NCBI GenBank assembly: GCA_965204575.1
Contig: OZ241993.1
Location: 864,001 to 928,000, forward strand
Source: an uncultured candidatus Porisulfidus sp.
GTDB taxonomy: Bacteria; Pseudomonadota; Gammaproteobacteria; Poriferisulfidales; Poriferisulfidaceae
Direction of reading: 5' to 3'
DNA length: 64,000 bases
Position numbers and translations under genes: made by a program. A model generated the notes under the pieces. That model ran no database searches. It worked only from the letters and a program-made list of their open reading frames with translations, and was not told where the DNA came from. Positions 12,728 to 23,521 of the stretch are shown piece by piece. Positions within the stretch are counted from its first letter, which is position 1; every line of letters starts with the position of its first letter.

Positions 12728-15484
12728 TTATGCCTGCGCAATCCGCTCGCGCTGTTCCGCGAGTTGTGCCTGCGCAGCTTCCAGTTCCGCCAATCGTTCG
12801 CGTTCTTTCTGCACGACTTCTTCGGGAGCCCGCGACACGAACTTTTCGTTTTCCAGCTTGCCGCGGACCGCGCCGAGCGCGCCGTCCAGTTTCCTCAACT
12901 CCCGGTCCAGTCTGGCCAGTTCGGCTTCGCGGTCGATGAGGTCGGCGAGCGGGACCAGCACACGCATATTCCCAACCAGCACCGTGGCGGCTTCCGGGGC
13001 GGTTTCATCCGGTCCCATCCAATGCACCGATTCCGGACGCGCGAGATTCTGGAGCCAGGCTTCGGTAGCCTCGAAACGCTGCTGATCCTGTGGCGTCCAG
13101 TTCTCCAAAAGCACCGGAACCGGGCGGCCCGGAGCAATATCCATCTCGGCCCGGGTCCGGCGAATCCCGCCGATGAACTCCTGCAGCCAGCGCATTGTTC
13201 CGAAGGTCTCGGAGTCTTCCCCGGCATCCTCCGCCTCGGGCCAGGGGCGGGTCATCAGGAACGCATCCGCCGCATTCTGACGCTGTGGCAATTGCTGATG
13301 CAACTCCTCGGTAATGAATGGCATGAACGGATGCAGCAGGCGCAGAATTCGATCCAACACCGCGTACAAAGTGTGCAGGGTGGCCTGCACGGCACCTCCC
13401 GGGGCCTCTTCATTCAGGGTCGTCTTGGTGAATTCCAGGTACCAGTCGCAGAAGTCGTGCCAGACAAAGTCGTACAGGGTTTTTGCGGCCAAGTCGAAAC
13501 GATAGGCATCGAGGTGTTCGGTCACCTCCCGGGTCACCGTTTGCGCCCGAGCCGTGATCCAGCGATCAACCAGGCTCGCTTCGGCTGAGGGTGCCGACCC
13601 GTCCAGTCGTTCGGCATGGATCAGCGCGAAGCGCACCGCGTTCCAGAGTTTGTTGCAGAAATTCCGGTAGCCCAGCACGCGCGGCAGCTCGAAGCGCACG
13701 TCGCGCCCGAAGGTTGCCTGGGTGGCGAAGCAGAAGCGCAACGCGTCGGTCCCGCACGCCTGGAAGCCGTCCGGGAATTCCTGGCGGGTCACCCGCTTGA
13801 TCGAGCCGGCCTGCTTCGGGTCCATCAGGTCGTCGACGCGCTTCTCGACCAGCGCTTCCAGGTCGATGCCGTCGATGACGTCGATCGGGTCGATGGTGTT
13901 GCCCTTGGATTTCGACATCTTCTGACCGTGGGCGTCGCGCACCAGGCCGTGCACGTAGACGTCGCGGAACGGAACGTCCCCCATGAAGTGCAGCCCCATC
14001 ATGATCATGCGTGCAACCCAGAAGAAGATGATGTCGAAACCCGTGACCAGCACGTCGGTGGGGTAGAAGCGCTCCAGCGCCGCGTCCTTCCGGGGCCAGC
14101 CGAGCGTGGAAAACGGCCAAAGCGCGGAAGAGAACCAGGTGTCCAGCACGTCCTCGTCCTGGCGCAACGGCGCATCGGCCGGAATCCCGTATTTTTCCCG
14201 CACCTCCTGCTCGCTCCGGCCCACGTGCGGCGTGCCGTCGGCGCCGTACCAGGCGGGGATGCGGTGCCCCCACCACAGTTGGCGGCTGATGCACCAGTCT
14301 TCGATGTTCTCCATCCAGTCGTAGTAGGTCCGGCTCCAGTTCTCCGGCACGAAGCGGATGCGGCCGCCCCGTACCGCCGCCACGGCCTTCTCGGCCAGCG
14401 GCCCGGCGCGGACGTACCATTGGTCGGTCAGATAGGGCTCGACCACGGCGCCACTGCGGTCGCCGCGGGGGATGGTCAGGGCGTGTTCTTCCGTCCGCTC
14501 CAGCAGGCCCTGTGCTTCCAGGTCTTCCAGGACCTGCTCGCGCGCCTGCTCCCGGCTCAGGCCCCGGTAGGCTTCGGGCGCGGCCTCGCCGAGGTGCGCG
14601 GTGTCGGTGAAGATGTTGACCAGCGGAAGATCGTGGCGCAGTCCGACCTGGTAGTCGTTGAAGTCGTGCGCCGGCGTGATCTTCACGCAGCCGGAACCGA
14701 ACTCCGGATCGACGTAATCGTCCGCCACGATCGGGATGTCGCGTCCGGCCAGCGGCAGCCGGACGGATTTTCCAATCCATTCCCGGTAGCGGGGGTCGTC
14801 GGGATGCACCGCGACCGCGGTGTCGCCCAGCATGGTTTCCGGACGGGTGGTGGCGACCACCAGCACTTCGTCGGAATCGACGATGGGGTAGCGCAGGTGC
14901 CATAGGTGCCCCTGTTCCTCGGAAGCCACCACCTCGAGGTCCGACAGGGCGGTGCGCAGCACCGGGTCCCAGTTGACCAGGCGCTTGCCGCGGTAGACCA
15001 GATCCTGTTCGTGCAGTTGCACGAACACTTCGCGAACCGCCTCGGACAGGCCCTCGTCCATGGTGAACCGTTCGCGGGACCAATCGACCGAAGCGCCCAT
15101 GCGGCGAAGCTGCCGGGTGATGTGTCCGCCGGATTCGCGCTTCCAGGTCCAGACTTCCTCGATGAAGGCGTCCCGGCCCAGTTCCCGGCGCGTCCGGCCT
15201 TCGCGTTCCAGTTTGCGTTCGACCACCATCTGGGTGGCGATGCCGGCGTGGTCGGTTCCCGGCTGCCACAGGGCGGCGCGACCCTGCATGCGCCGCCAAC
15301 GGGTCAGGATGTCCATCAGGGTGTCCTGGAACGCGTGGCCCATGTGCAGGGTCCCGGTCACGTTCGGAGGCGGGATCATGATGCAGAAGGGCTCGCCCTC
15401 GGCGTTCGGCGCAAATACGCCGCCCTCTTCCCAACGTTGCCGCCAGAAAGCTTCGATCCGTTCGGGGTCGTAACTCTTATTCAT
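12728..15484 (-). CDS. valS: Valine--tRNA ligase
   Basis: [44 protein letters not shown] and a C-terminal coiled coil. Confidence 0.98.
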   Translation of the reverse strand: MNKSYDPERIEAFWRQRWEEGGVFAPNAEGEPFCIMIPPPNVTGTLHMGHAFQDTLMDILTRWRRMQGRAALWQPGTDHAGIATQMVVERKLEREGRTRRELGRDAFIEEVWTWKRESGGHITRQLRRMGASVDWSRERFTMDEGLSEAVREVFVQLHEQDLVYRGKRLVNWDPVLRTALSDLEVVASEEQGHLWHLRYPIVDSDEVLVVATTRPETMLGDTAVAVHPDDPRYREWIGKSVRLPLAGRDIPIVADDYVDPEFGSGCVKITPAHDFNDYQVGLRHDLPLVNIFTDTAHLGEAAPEAYRGLSREQAREQVLEDLEAQGLLERTEEHALTIPRGDRSGAVVEPYLTDQWYVRAGPLAEKAVAAVRGGRIRFVPENWSRTYYDWMENIEDWCISRQLWWGHRIPAWYGADGTPHVGRSEQEVREKYGIPADAPLRQDEDVLDTWFSSALWPFSTLGWPRKDAALERFYPTDVLVTGFDIIFFWVARMIMMGLHFMGDVPFRDVYVHGLVRDAHGQKMSKSKGNTIDPIDVIDGIDLEALVEKRVDDLMDPKQAGSIKRVTRQEFPDGFQACGTDALRFCFATQATFGRDVRFELPRVLGYRNFCNKLWNAVRFALIHAERLDGSAPSAEASLVDRWITARAQTVTREVTEHLDAYRFDLAAKTLYDFVWHDFCDWYLEFTKTTLNEEAPGGAVQATLHTLYAVLDRILRLLHPFMPFITEELHQQLPQRQNAADAFLMTRPWPEAEDAGEDSETFGTMRWLQEFIGGIRRTRAEMDIAPGRPVPVLLENWTPQDQQRFEATEAWLQNLARPESVHWMGPDETAPEAATVLVGNMRVLVPLADLIDREAELARLDRELRKLDGALGAVRGKLENEKFVSRAPEEVVQKERERLAELEAAQAQLAEQRERIAQA

Positions 15485-15525
15485 CTGTCGGGCCGCCCGG
15501 AGGGGAGCGGGGGGACGCGGTCGCT

Positions 15526-15942
15526 TTATTTGGCGATCTCGTGAAGTTCCGGTTCAAAGCCGAGTTCCCGGTACTGGCGGAAGCGCGCGCGGCCATGGTT
15601 CTTGGTGATGTCGTCCGGCCCCACGACTTCGGCGACCCGGTTGAACGATTCATATTCTTCCGGCATGTCGTCGGCCAGGTTGATCAGGACGTCCCGCTCC
15701 TGCGGCAGCCATGCGTCATGGATGGTGACCCGGACGTGCGGGCTCGGGCTTTCTCCGAGGCTGTGCGCCAGGAAACTCTGGTCGCGGAAGGTCCACATCT
15801 GGGTATTCAGCGATTCAGCGGCCTGCATGTCCGGGACCCGCACGTGCACGCGATGGCCCTGGGCCACGGCCTTCTCCGCGATCTGGCAGACGATCCGCTC
15901 GCGGTGGCCCCGCTTGATGACGTAGAAGTGGACGTTCTCCAT
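15526..15942 (-). CDS. holC: DNA polymerase III subunit chi
   Basis: [25 protein letters not shown]; canonical pepA-holC-valS order. Confidence 0.92.
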   Translation of the reverse strand: MENVHFYVIKRGHRERIVCQIAEKAVAQGHRVHVRVPDMQAAESLNTQMWTFRDQSFLAHSLGESPSPHVRVTIHDAWLPQERDVLINLADDMPEEYESFNRVAEVVGPDDITKNHGRARFRQYRELGFEPELHEIAK

Positions 15943-15946
15943 CGGT

Positions 15947-17440
15947 TCAGGACTTCTGGGCGTCCTTCATCAGGAAATGCGTCAGCAACGGCACCGGCCG
16001 CCCGGTCGCCCCCTTGCTCTTGCCGGTATTCCAGGCGGTTCCGGCGATGTCGAGATGCGCCCACGGCGTGTCGCCGACGAAGCGCGACAGGAAGCAGGCG
16101 GCGGTGGTGGCGCCCGCGTAGCGTTCCCCGATGTTCGCGATATCGGCGAAATTGCTGTCCAGTTCAGGCTGGTAGTCGTCCCATAGCGGAAGCGGCCAGA
16201 CCCGATCCCAACTCTCGCGCCCGGCGGCGACCAGTGCGCGCTCCACCGAATTCTGGTACGTGAACAGTCCCGAAGCATGCTTGCCCAGCGCGTGCAGGCA
16301 GGCACCGGTCAGGGTGGCGATGTCGATGATCAGGCGGGGCTTGAAGCTGAGGGCGTAATCGAGAGCGTCGCACAGGATCAGGCGGCCTTCGGCGTCGGTG
16401 TTCAGGATTTCCACGGTCTGGCCGGAGGCGGTCGTGACCACGTCGCCGGGTCGGGTGGCCCGTCCGCCCGGCATGTTCTCGGTCGCCGGGATGATGCCGA
16501 CCAGGTGCTGCGGCAGATTCAGTGCCGCCGCCGCCTTGAGCGTGCCGAGCACGCTGCCGGCGCCGCACATGTCGAACTTCATTTCGTCCATCGCGGAGCT
16601 GGGCTTGATGGAAATCCCGCCCGTATCGAACGTCACGCCCTTCCCGACCAGCGCGACCGGAGCCTTGGTACGGGCTCGGCCGCGGTATTCGACGACGATC
16701 AACTGCGGTTCTTCCGGGCTGCCCTGCGCCACGGCGAGGAATGCGCCCATATTGCGTTTTTCCAATTCTCGGCGGCCGAACGACTTGACCGTGAATCGTG
16801 AATCCTCGCGGATCAGCGAGCGAGCCTGGCGGGCCAGGTATCTTGGCGTGCAGAGATTGGGCGGCAGGTCGCCGAGTTGCCGGGTCCAGATCATTCCGGA
16901 CGCAATCGCCACGCCTTGGTCCACCGCCTTGCGGACCCCGGCCCGGGTGGCCGCGGAGGCAGTAACCGTGACGGATTCCAAAGGCGTGGCCGGAGGCTTG
17001 GCGGAGGGCTTGGTCTCTTGGAAGACGTAGGCCGCGTTCTCCAGGATCAGCGCGGTCTGGCGCGCATTCCATTGGGCATTCCTGCCGGCGACCCTGACTT
17101 CGCCGCTGGCGAGCGTCGCCGCGACCGTGGAGTCCTTGTGCAGGGTCCGGGCGATTTGGCGCATCGTCTTCAGGAAATCGTTTTCCCCGACCTTGCCGGA
17201 TTCGCCGAAACCGGCCACCAGCAGGCGCGAAGCCTTCAGCCCGGCGGGGCGATACAATGCGTTGAGGGTTTCGGCCTTGCCTGCGGCATCCTGCTGGGAG
17301 AGGAGGTCACTGACCGCCCCGCCCGTGGCCTGATCCACGGCACGGGCACCGGGGGTCATCTGGCCGTTTTCATAGACACCGACCACCAGGCAGTCGCAAA
17401 CGATTTCCGCGGGTGAGGCGGCGACAACGGAATACTTCAT
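15947..17440 (-). CDS. pepA: Cytosol leucyl aminopeptidase (M17)
   Basis: GKGVTFDTGG, MKFDMCGA, NTDAEGRL, DIATLTGA, HLDIAG. Confidence 0.97.
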   Translation of the reverse strand: MKYSVVAASPAEIVCDCLVVGVYENGQMTPGARAVDQATGGAVSDLLSQQDAAGKAETLNALYRPAGLKASRLLVAGFGESGKVGENDFLKTMRQIARTLHKDSTVAATLASGEVRVAGRNAQWNARQTALILENAAYVFQETKPSAKPPATPLESVTVTASAATRAGVRKAVDQGVAIASGMIWTRQLGDLPPNLCTPRYLARQARSLIREDSRFTVKSFGRRELEKRNMGAFLAVAQGSPEEPQLIVVEYRGRARTKAPVALVGKGVTFDTGGISIKPSSAMDEMKFDMCGAGSVLGTLKAAAALNLPQHLVGIIPATENMPGGRATRPGDVVTTASGQTVEILNTDAEGRLILCDALDYALSFKPRLIIDIATLTGACLHALGKHASGLFTYQNSVERALVAAGRESWDRVWPLPLWDDYQPELDSNFADIANIGERYAGATTAACFLSRFVGDTPWAHLDIAGTAWNTGKSKGATGRPVPLLTHFLMKDAQKS

Positions 17441-17475
17441 GGAGAGAACTTAAAGGTCACGGGTGAAGACGCCAA

Positions 17476-17484
17476 ATTCTATCA
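17476..17484 (-). promoter_or_regulatory. Extended -10 promoter of pepA
   Basis: TGATAGAAT (TGn-TAGAAT) on the minus strand about 35 nt upstream of the start. Confidence 0.45.
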
Positions 17485-17582
17485 AACTGCGCCTTCCCGC
17501 CTCTTTGAAGCGCCTCAAATTTCTTCCGGCTGGAAACTGGCAGTAGAATATTGGGAATCCGCTTCTGAAAGAGGTTTGAAGT

Positions 17583-17783
17583 ATGAGCAAGGCAAAAGAG
17601 TTGTTCAACTTGTCGAACATTTTCGTTTACCTGATTGTCTGGCCGATTTCCACCTTTATCGCCGTTTCGGTGCTGCTGATCTGGTTTGGCATCGGGCGGT
17701 GGCTTCACCATGAGGGCTACTTCAAGTGGCTCATGACACTGGGGGGGCATGCTCCCCCTCCCCCTCCCCCCGGCCTGCCATGA
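17583..17783 (+). CDS. Small single-pass membrane protein with a polyproline tail
   Basis: TAGAAT at 17544-17549, GAGGT RBS at 17571-17575, a long hydrophobic stretch and the ending HAPPPPPPGLP. Confidence 0.65.
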   Translation: MSKAKELFNLSNIFVYLIVWPISTFIAVSVLLIWFGIGRWLHHEGYFKWLMTLGGHAPPPPPPGLP

Positions 17784-18156
17784 CGAAAACGAGCCTGTCC
17801 GACCAGTTTCGGAATGTCCCCGCCTGTTCCGATTAAATCTTGGCCTGGATCTGCAGACCTTCCGGTTCGCGCAGGTTCTCGCAAATGCGCGTCGCCTGCT
17901 GCAATATCATCCGTTCTGCGGGTGCCGGTATTTGTCAAGTCGGGCGTGTAATTCCCTTTTGAAGAACCGCCTGACCCGAGGTCTGTCCAGCCTGGACCGC
18001 TATCTGTCGTCGCTGGATCGCCACCTCGCCGATCTCGACCTCCGGTGGAGCCGCAGCGTGTCTCGCGGTGTGGCCAGGCTGCGGCTGGGGACTGGCGGGA
18101 AGGCACACAGCACGCCGGCGTCGAGCCAGTACGATCTTGACGCCCATTCGACGGGC

Positions 18157-19239
18157 ATGCCCGGGCTGCGCCTTTCGATCCTGGATCGCTACCTGGTGTA
18201 CGAGCTTTTGCGTGCCGCATTTGCCGTCACCGTGGTCCTGCTGCTGCTGATCGCCAGCAAACTCTTCATGCAGCAGCTTGGTTACCTGACCGAAGGCAAG
18301 TTCTCCACGGGCATCGTCTACGAACTCCTGTTCAACAAGCTTCTTGCCTATTTCGTCCACATGCTGCCGTTCCTGATGCTCCTGTCGTCGGTGCTGGCGC
18401 TCGGCCGCCTGCACCAGGACACCGAGGTGACGGCGCTGCATTCCTGCGGTTACTCCGATACCCGCCTGTTGCTGCCCATGGCGCTGGTTGGCATTCCCCT
18501 GGCCGTCATGCTGGGGGTAATGAGCCTGCACATCACGCCCAGGCTGTCGCTCGAAGCGGAACTGGCCCACCATCAGGCCCGCCTGGAGGCGGGGCTGGAC
18601 CTGATGCAGGAAGGCCGGTTCATGCAGACCCGGAACGGACGTTGGGCACTGTATGCGAGCCAGACGAAAGGGCAGGTTGCGGAAGATGTGTTTTTCGCCA
18701 GCTACGACGCGGAATCACAGCGAGTTCATATTGAAACCGCAGCCCGGGCCACCCGGGCCCGGGACCAGGAAAACGGCGTCTACGTGCTGGATTTCGAGGA
18801 CGGTCGCTGGCATAGCGGCTGGCCGGGCGATGCGGACTTCCAGACCATGAAATTCGACCGGCATCTGCTGCGGGTCAGCATGGCGCCGTCGCCCAACGTC
18901 TGGACACATACCAAATACATGACGCCGGAGCAGTTGTGGGAGGACGGTTCTGCGGCCGCCCACGCGGAACTGCAATGGCGATGGTCTCTGCCAGTCTCGC
19001 TGCTCCTGATGCTGGCGCTCGCCATCCCGCTTTCGCGCAGTTCGGTCCGGGAAGGGAAGTACGCCCGCGCCGTCTACGCGATCGCCATCTACTTGGTCTA
19101 TGCGCAGTTCCAGTTGCTGGCGACCAGCCAGGTACGGGGCGGGAATTGGCCCGACTGGGCGGGTGTCTGGTGGGTGCATGTGCTGATGGCTGCAGGGATC
19201 TTCCTGTTGTACCGACAAGCCCGACGGGGTCGGACGTGA
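18157..19239 (+). CDS. lptF: LPS export ABC permease LptF (start may extend to TTG 17959)
   Basis: ILDRYL, LGRLHQDTEVTAL, AELQWRWSLP; divergent from pepA and followed by lptG. Confidence 0.92.
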   Translation: MPGLRLSILDRYLVYELLRAAFAVTVVLLLLIASKLFMQQLGYLTEGKFSTGIVYELLFNKLLAYFVHMLPFLMLLSSVLALGRLHQDTEVTALHSCGYSDTRLLLPMALVGIPLAVMLGVMSLHITPRLSLEAELAHHQARLEAGLDLMQEGRFMQTRNGRWALYASQTKGQVAEDVFFASYDAESQRVHIETAARATRARDQENGVYVLDFEDGRWHSGWPGDADFQTMKFDRHLLRVSMAPSPNVWTHTKYMTPEQLWEDGSAAAHAELQWRWSLPVSLLLMLALAIPLSRSSVREGKYARAVYAIAIYLVYAQFQLLATSQVRGGNWPDWAGVWWVHVLMAAGIFLLYRQARRGRT

Positions 19240-20342
19240 ATATCCTGACCCGCCACCTGATTTGGCGCGTGCTGGTCGGGATTGGGCTGGTGGCGCTGGC
19301 CGTGGTGACGATCTTGACCCTGGTGGATCTGATCGACGAGGTGCGCCGAGTGCGCCCGGGAGGCTATACGTTTGCGGACGCCTTATGGGTGATCGTGTTG
19401 ACCATGCCGCAGCGCATCTACGAAGTGCTGCCGGTTTCGGTGTTCATCGGCAGCCTGCTGAGCTTGGGGCAATTGGTTGCGGACAACGAGATGACGGCAC
19501 TGCGCGCATCGGGAATGGGCGTGTGGTGGCTGTCCAGGAGGCTACTGTCGGTGGGCCTGCTCTTGGCACTGGTGACCATTTTCATTGGAGAGAAGATTGC
19601 CCCGGTGGGCGGGGCATTGGCTTGGGACATCCGGCAGCAGCCGCAGAAAGGAACCTCGGTCGGAGAGGCGCAGGGATTGTGGGTTCGCAAAGGCGACCAC
19701 TATCTCCACGTGCTGCGGGGAGACCGGCGCGACCGCCTGTCTCAGGTGCTGGCGTATCGCCTGGACGCCGATGGCGCCCTGGAGCATAGCCTGCATGCGA
19801 AGAGCGCGCATCTAGTGGGCGGACACTGGATCCTGTACGAAGTTCGGGAAAGCGTCATCCATCCGGACGGAAGTGTGACTCGTGAGGAGCATGCGCTAAG
19901 AACCGACGTGGCCCTGCCGGATGTCGACGTGTTGGATACGATGCTGATGCCTGCCGACGAAATGCCGATCATGCGCCTGAACCGCTACTTGGACTACTTC
20001 GAGGGCGAAGAACTGGACCTGCGCCCCTACCGGTTCGCTTGGTGGCAGCGCTTCGCCACGCCTCTGGCTTGCGTGGTGGTCTTGTTGCTGACGGTTTCGT
20101 TCACTTTCACCCAATCCCGCGGCGGGGGGCTCGGGCAACGCATTTTCATCGGCGTGATCAGCGGTATCGGCATCTACCTGTTCAACCGGGTCGGCGGACA
20201 TCTGGGAATGCTGATGGACTTGCCGCCCTGGCTGGCGGCCTTTCTGCCGCTGGCCCTGCTTTTCCTGCTCGGGTGCGCGGTGTTGCTGGCGCAGCAAGCA
20301 AATACGCGTCAGGACTCGGGCAATCTTCCCAGCCAGGCATAG
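19236..20342 (+). CDS. lptG: LPS export ABC permease LptG
   Basis: GTG start overlaps the lptF stop; LGQLVADNEMTALRASG, GLWVR, WQRFATPL. Confidence 0.92.
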   Translation: MNILTRHLIWRVLVGIGLVALAVVTILTLVDLIDEVRRVRPGGYTFADALWVIVLTMPQRIYEVLPVSVFIGSLLSLGQLVADNEMTALRASGMGVWWLSRRLLSVGLLLALVTIFIGEKIAPVGGALAWDIRQQPQKGTSVGEAQGLWVRKGDHYLHVLRGDRRDRLSQVLAYRLDADGALEHSLHAKSAHLVGGHWILYEVRESVIHPDGSVTREEHALRTDVALPDVDVLDTMLMPADEMPIMRLNRYLDYFEGEELDLRPYRFAWWQRFATPLACVVVLLLTVSFTFTQSRGGGLGQRIFIGVISGIGIYLFNRVGGHLGMLMDLPPWLAAFLPLALLFLLGCAVLLAQQANTRQDSGNLPSQA

Positions 20343-20364
20343 GGCCCGGGTCTCCCGCTCTGCC

Positions 20365-21966
20365 CTATTCCGCTGATACCAGCCGGGTGGCGCTCCACTG
20401 GTCGTGCCAGCAGAGCCGCGCCGCGCCGAACAGGCTCCACAGGAAACCCAGTCCAAGGCAGGCCCAGGACAAGATGGCGCCCAAGCCCCGAATCATGGCA
20501 GCCCCCCAGCCGATCCTCTGGCCATCCACGGTCTCGATGCGGACCCGCCAGGCACGCATGCCGACGGTGGCGCCGCGGGAACGCCAGCACAGGACGAAAT
20601 AAGCCAGCCCGACGACTGAAAGGTAGGCTTGGTACAGCATGCGCTCCGGGGAACCGGGCACGGATAGGTCCAGCATGGCAAACGGAACGCTGGCGGCCCA
20701 CCAGATGGCGGCCAGCGCCAGGAGGTCATAGAGGATGCAACCCAATCGCCGCCAGAGGCCGATGGTGTTCGCAGACGGCGCGGTATGCGAGTGTGGCAAT
20801 TGGGAGGGAGAGTTTTTCAGGGATTCCGGAGGATGGTGCTGCAGGAAAAAAGAGATTTGATCCAAGGTAAGGATTAACTGCAAAGCACGCGCCTTAGTGT
20901 ATTTTTCTTTGCTGGCAACTCCATGTCCTACAGAGTGCCGAGAAAAATCGATACTATTTTCTCCTACATTGAATCCTTTGAAAAAAACATCTCCGATGTA
21001 CTTGTTGAATAAACCAGGAAAGCCGAGGCTACCTGAATCCGAGAAGTTCTCTCCTGCTCGGTCTAGCATATATCGCTTCAAGTCTACGGTTTTAGGATGT
21101 GGCTTTCCTTTTGATCCCATTGTGTTGTGATAATCCAACCTAACAATTCCTTCGATTTCACTAGCAAGAGTTTTAATACAATGAACAATGCTGTCAGATT
21201 CGCCCTTGTTATAAGCATTAAGTCCGGCAGTAATTAATTCTTTTTTCTCATTAAAAACCTCGCTTGCCCACCAATACTTTGTAAAGTTTTCTATTCTTTT
21301 GTCGGTAAACGAATCGATTATGCGATCTTCGGTGATTTTAATTTCTTGATTATTATTGATGTCAAGTATGAGCTGGTCGAATTCCTCTCCAAGGATTTGT
21401 ATGAAGGGAAACCAGCCGAGGTTGAATAGGCGCTCAAAGTTATCTTGGATGGAAAGAAAGGAATACAAGGAATAAAATTTTATTTTTCTGAAGCATCTGC
21501 CAAGATCTATCCACAATTTGTCGGTTTCCAAGCGCCCAGAGAAATCAAAATAGAGGCCAAAACTCCAACTAATCCTGAATAGCCATACGAATTTATCTCC
21601 ATTTTTTAAATCGAGCGTGAACGTGGAATCTTGGAACCTGACTTCTGCAATGTCCAGCACTTGGTTATCAAAAACGGCACAGCCTCCTTGGAGATGTACT
21701 TTAGATTTGATCCTCAACATAACTGGGTATTTTTTATATATATATGCTTTTTTGTTTCGGATAATAATTAAAACCTGATTCAGGTTTTCCAGATTCAGGT
21801 CAGAAAACTGGTTCAGTATTTGGTCAAAAAAGTGGCGGTGGTCATTATCGTAGGATGTGAAAAACGCTTTACATAGGACTTTAACTTGTTCTCCTTTATT
21901 TGCTGCATTCATAGAGAGGCCGAGCAGGTCCCCAACTTCTTGAATTTCGTGCCGGTAGTTTTCCAT
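20365..21966 (-). CDS. Chimeric ORF: low-GC HEPN-motif domain fused in frame to the host-GC RDD family membrane protein
   Basis: The last ~140 aa are RDD-like (LWRRLGCILYD, GATVGMRAWRVRI, WHDQWSATRLV) and sit at the usual position convergent on lptG. The N-terminal ~375 aa are AT-rich and carry SRHSVGHG (Rx4H). There is no stop at the junction near 20845. Confidence 0.75.
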   Translation of the reverse strand: MENYRHEIQEVGDLLGLSMNAANKGEQVKVLCKAFFTSYDNDHRHFFDQILNQFSDLNLENLNQVLIIIRNKKAYIYKKYPVMLRIKSKVHLQGGCAVFDNQVLDIAEVRFQDSTFTLDLKNGDKFVWLFRISWSFGLYFDFSGRLETDKLWIDLGRCFRKIKFYSLYSFLSIQDNFERLFNLGWFPFIQILGEEFDQLILDINNNQEIKITEDRIIDSFTDKRIENFTKYWWASEVFNEKKELITAGLNAYNKGESDSIVHCIKTLASEIEGIVRLDYHNTMGSKGKPHPKTVDLKRYMLDRAGENFSDSGSLGFPGLFNKYIGDVFFKGFNVGENSIDFSRHSVGHGVASKEKYTKARALQLILTLDQISFFLQHHPPESLKNSPSQLPHSHTAPSANTIGLWRRLGCILYDLLALAAIWWAASVPFAMLDLSVPGSPERMLYQAYLSVVGLAYFVLCWRSRGATVGMRAWRVRIETVDGQRIGWGAAMIRGLGAILSWACLGLGFLWSLFGAARLCWHDQWSATRLVSAE

Positions 21967-21983
21967 ATGTACTTGACGCTATT

Positions 21984-23501
21984 TCATGTTCTGCCATTGT
22001 TCGCTTGCATTGCGGACGCATTAGCACTTTCTAACAGCACTTTTAAACTTTGTAAATTGCCGGCATAGTTGATTAGATAATAACCAAACGGATGAAAAGA
22101 GCCCCTACCACTTCGCCGCCAATCCCTAATGTCCCACCCTGCATCGACAAGGTCTGAGGCGGCAAAAATAAATTCAAGTGTATTAGTTAGAAAAACTACT
22201 GTGGCCATTTCCGCTTCGTAATTAATCTTGGCTTCGCCCCCATGGACAAAAAAATTCCGGCAGTCTACAGCTTCATCTACAACCACGAGAATATCGGGAA
22301 TCCAATCTTCTATTACTTCTATGAGGACCTGAGACCTGTGATGTATTTTCCGCTTGAGTGTTAATTTTCCTACGCGACCAAGAGCGCTAAGTACGCTGTT
22401 GCGGTCCATACATTCTGGTAGTTTTCTAAATATCTTTTTAGCTTCTTCGGTAGCAAGCACTAAATTTTCAGAAATCGTTTCACTGTCAGGAAACTCGCTA
22501 TCTGGCAAAAAATCGAACGTGTTGGCTGATCTGATCATGCGATCTTCTACAAAGACATTATTGTTTTCCCATCCGCTAGAGAAACTTAATCGAGCGTTAC
22601 TCCAAGCCGCATCTCGCTCAAGCCATGTTTTGAGAACACGGGCAAACTCGTCTGGATCGTGAGCCGCATTTATCAATGTATCGCGTATAGTCGGATCATC
22701 TTCTACTGGCTCTTTGGGTTCGGGGTACATACTGGCATAGACATCGACCACTTTGGGAGGCGAGTTGGCCCCCCACACGATCTTAATCTCAGTTGGATAT
22801 TGTGTAGTCCCCACCATCAGCGAGAAGAAACGCAAAGTCTGACGCATTCTGGAAAGTGCCAATTCGGTCGTGATTGCTTCCTCAAACTTGATGCCAATAA
22901 AGATTTTATTTTTCAGGTGCGCACCATCTGGCCCACCAAAGCCAACATTTAGCGAATGACCTGCGAAGATCTTACCGATATTAGTGGTAGACGAAAATAT
23001 CTCTTTTTCCCCTGTGTAATAGGCTATCAAGGGATGATCACACACCGAGATCTTGTTGCGGGGCTTCTCTGAATCTAAAACTTTTCTAAGCGTTCCACTG
23101 GAACACCTTAGAGTCCCGAAGGTATCAATTCCCTGGAACAATGTAGTTGAATCGTCTAAAGAAAACAGTATTTGAGAAACATTGCTATCAGTATCGTTAA
23201 CGTGATAATCGCCAAAAGTCACATAATATGCAGGTATGTCGTAGAAATGGTTCTCCACATCCTGTCTCCAACTAGTTCCCGGAGCCCCAGGAGTGATGCA
23301 TTCAATGAGAGACACTTTTGTTAAATCATTCAAAATACCTGTAATGGTCTTTCCAGAGGATGGGGTAATTGAAAAAGGGTTACTATCCCATACATGCAAC
23401 GAAGTTTTGAGGCCATCTAATAGGAGAGTGCCATGAACCTCTCTGTCGGGGGCAACAGTGAAAGTGCCGGTTAACAGCGAGTCACCATGTGGGCTTTTCA
23501 A
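21984..23501 (-). CDS. ApeA-like HEPN protein (beta-rich N-terminal domain plus HEPN)
   Basis: N-terminal GTF...HGTL...ITGILNDLTKVSLIEC pattern; C-terminal LTLKRKI...DCRNFFVHG (Rx4H); TTG start with AAGGA RBS. Confidence 0.7.
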   Translation of the reverse strand: MKSPHGDSLLTGTFTVAPDREVHGTLLLDGLKTSLHVWDSNPFSITPSSGKTITGILNDLTKVSLIECITPGAPGTSWRQDVENHFYDIPAYYVTFGDYHVNDTDSNVSQILFSLDDSTTLFQGIDTFGTLRCSSGTLRKVLDSEKPRNKISVCDHPLIAYYTGEKEIFSSTTNIGKIFAGHSLNVGFGGPDGAHLKNKIFIGIKFEEAITTELALSRMRQTLRFFSLMVGTTQYPTEIKIVWGANSPPKVVDVYASMYPEPKEPVEDDPTIRDTLINAAHDPDEFARVLKTWLERDAAWSNARLSFSSGWENNNVFVEDRMIRSANTFDFLPDSEFPDSETISENLVLATEEAKKIFRKLPECMDRNSVLSALGRVGKLTLKRKIHHRSQVLIEVIEDWIPDILVVVDEAVDCRNFFVHGGEAKINYEAEMATVVFLTNTLEFIFAASDLVDAGWDIRDWRRSGRGSFHPFGYYLINYAGNLQSLKVLLESANASAMQANNGRT

Positions 23502-23521
23502 GAGAGATTCCTTGATTTAGG

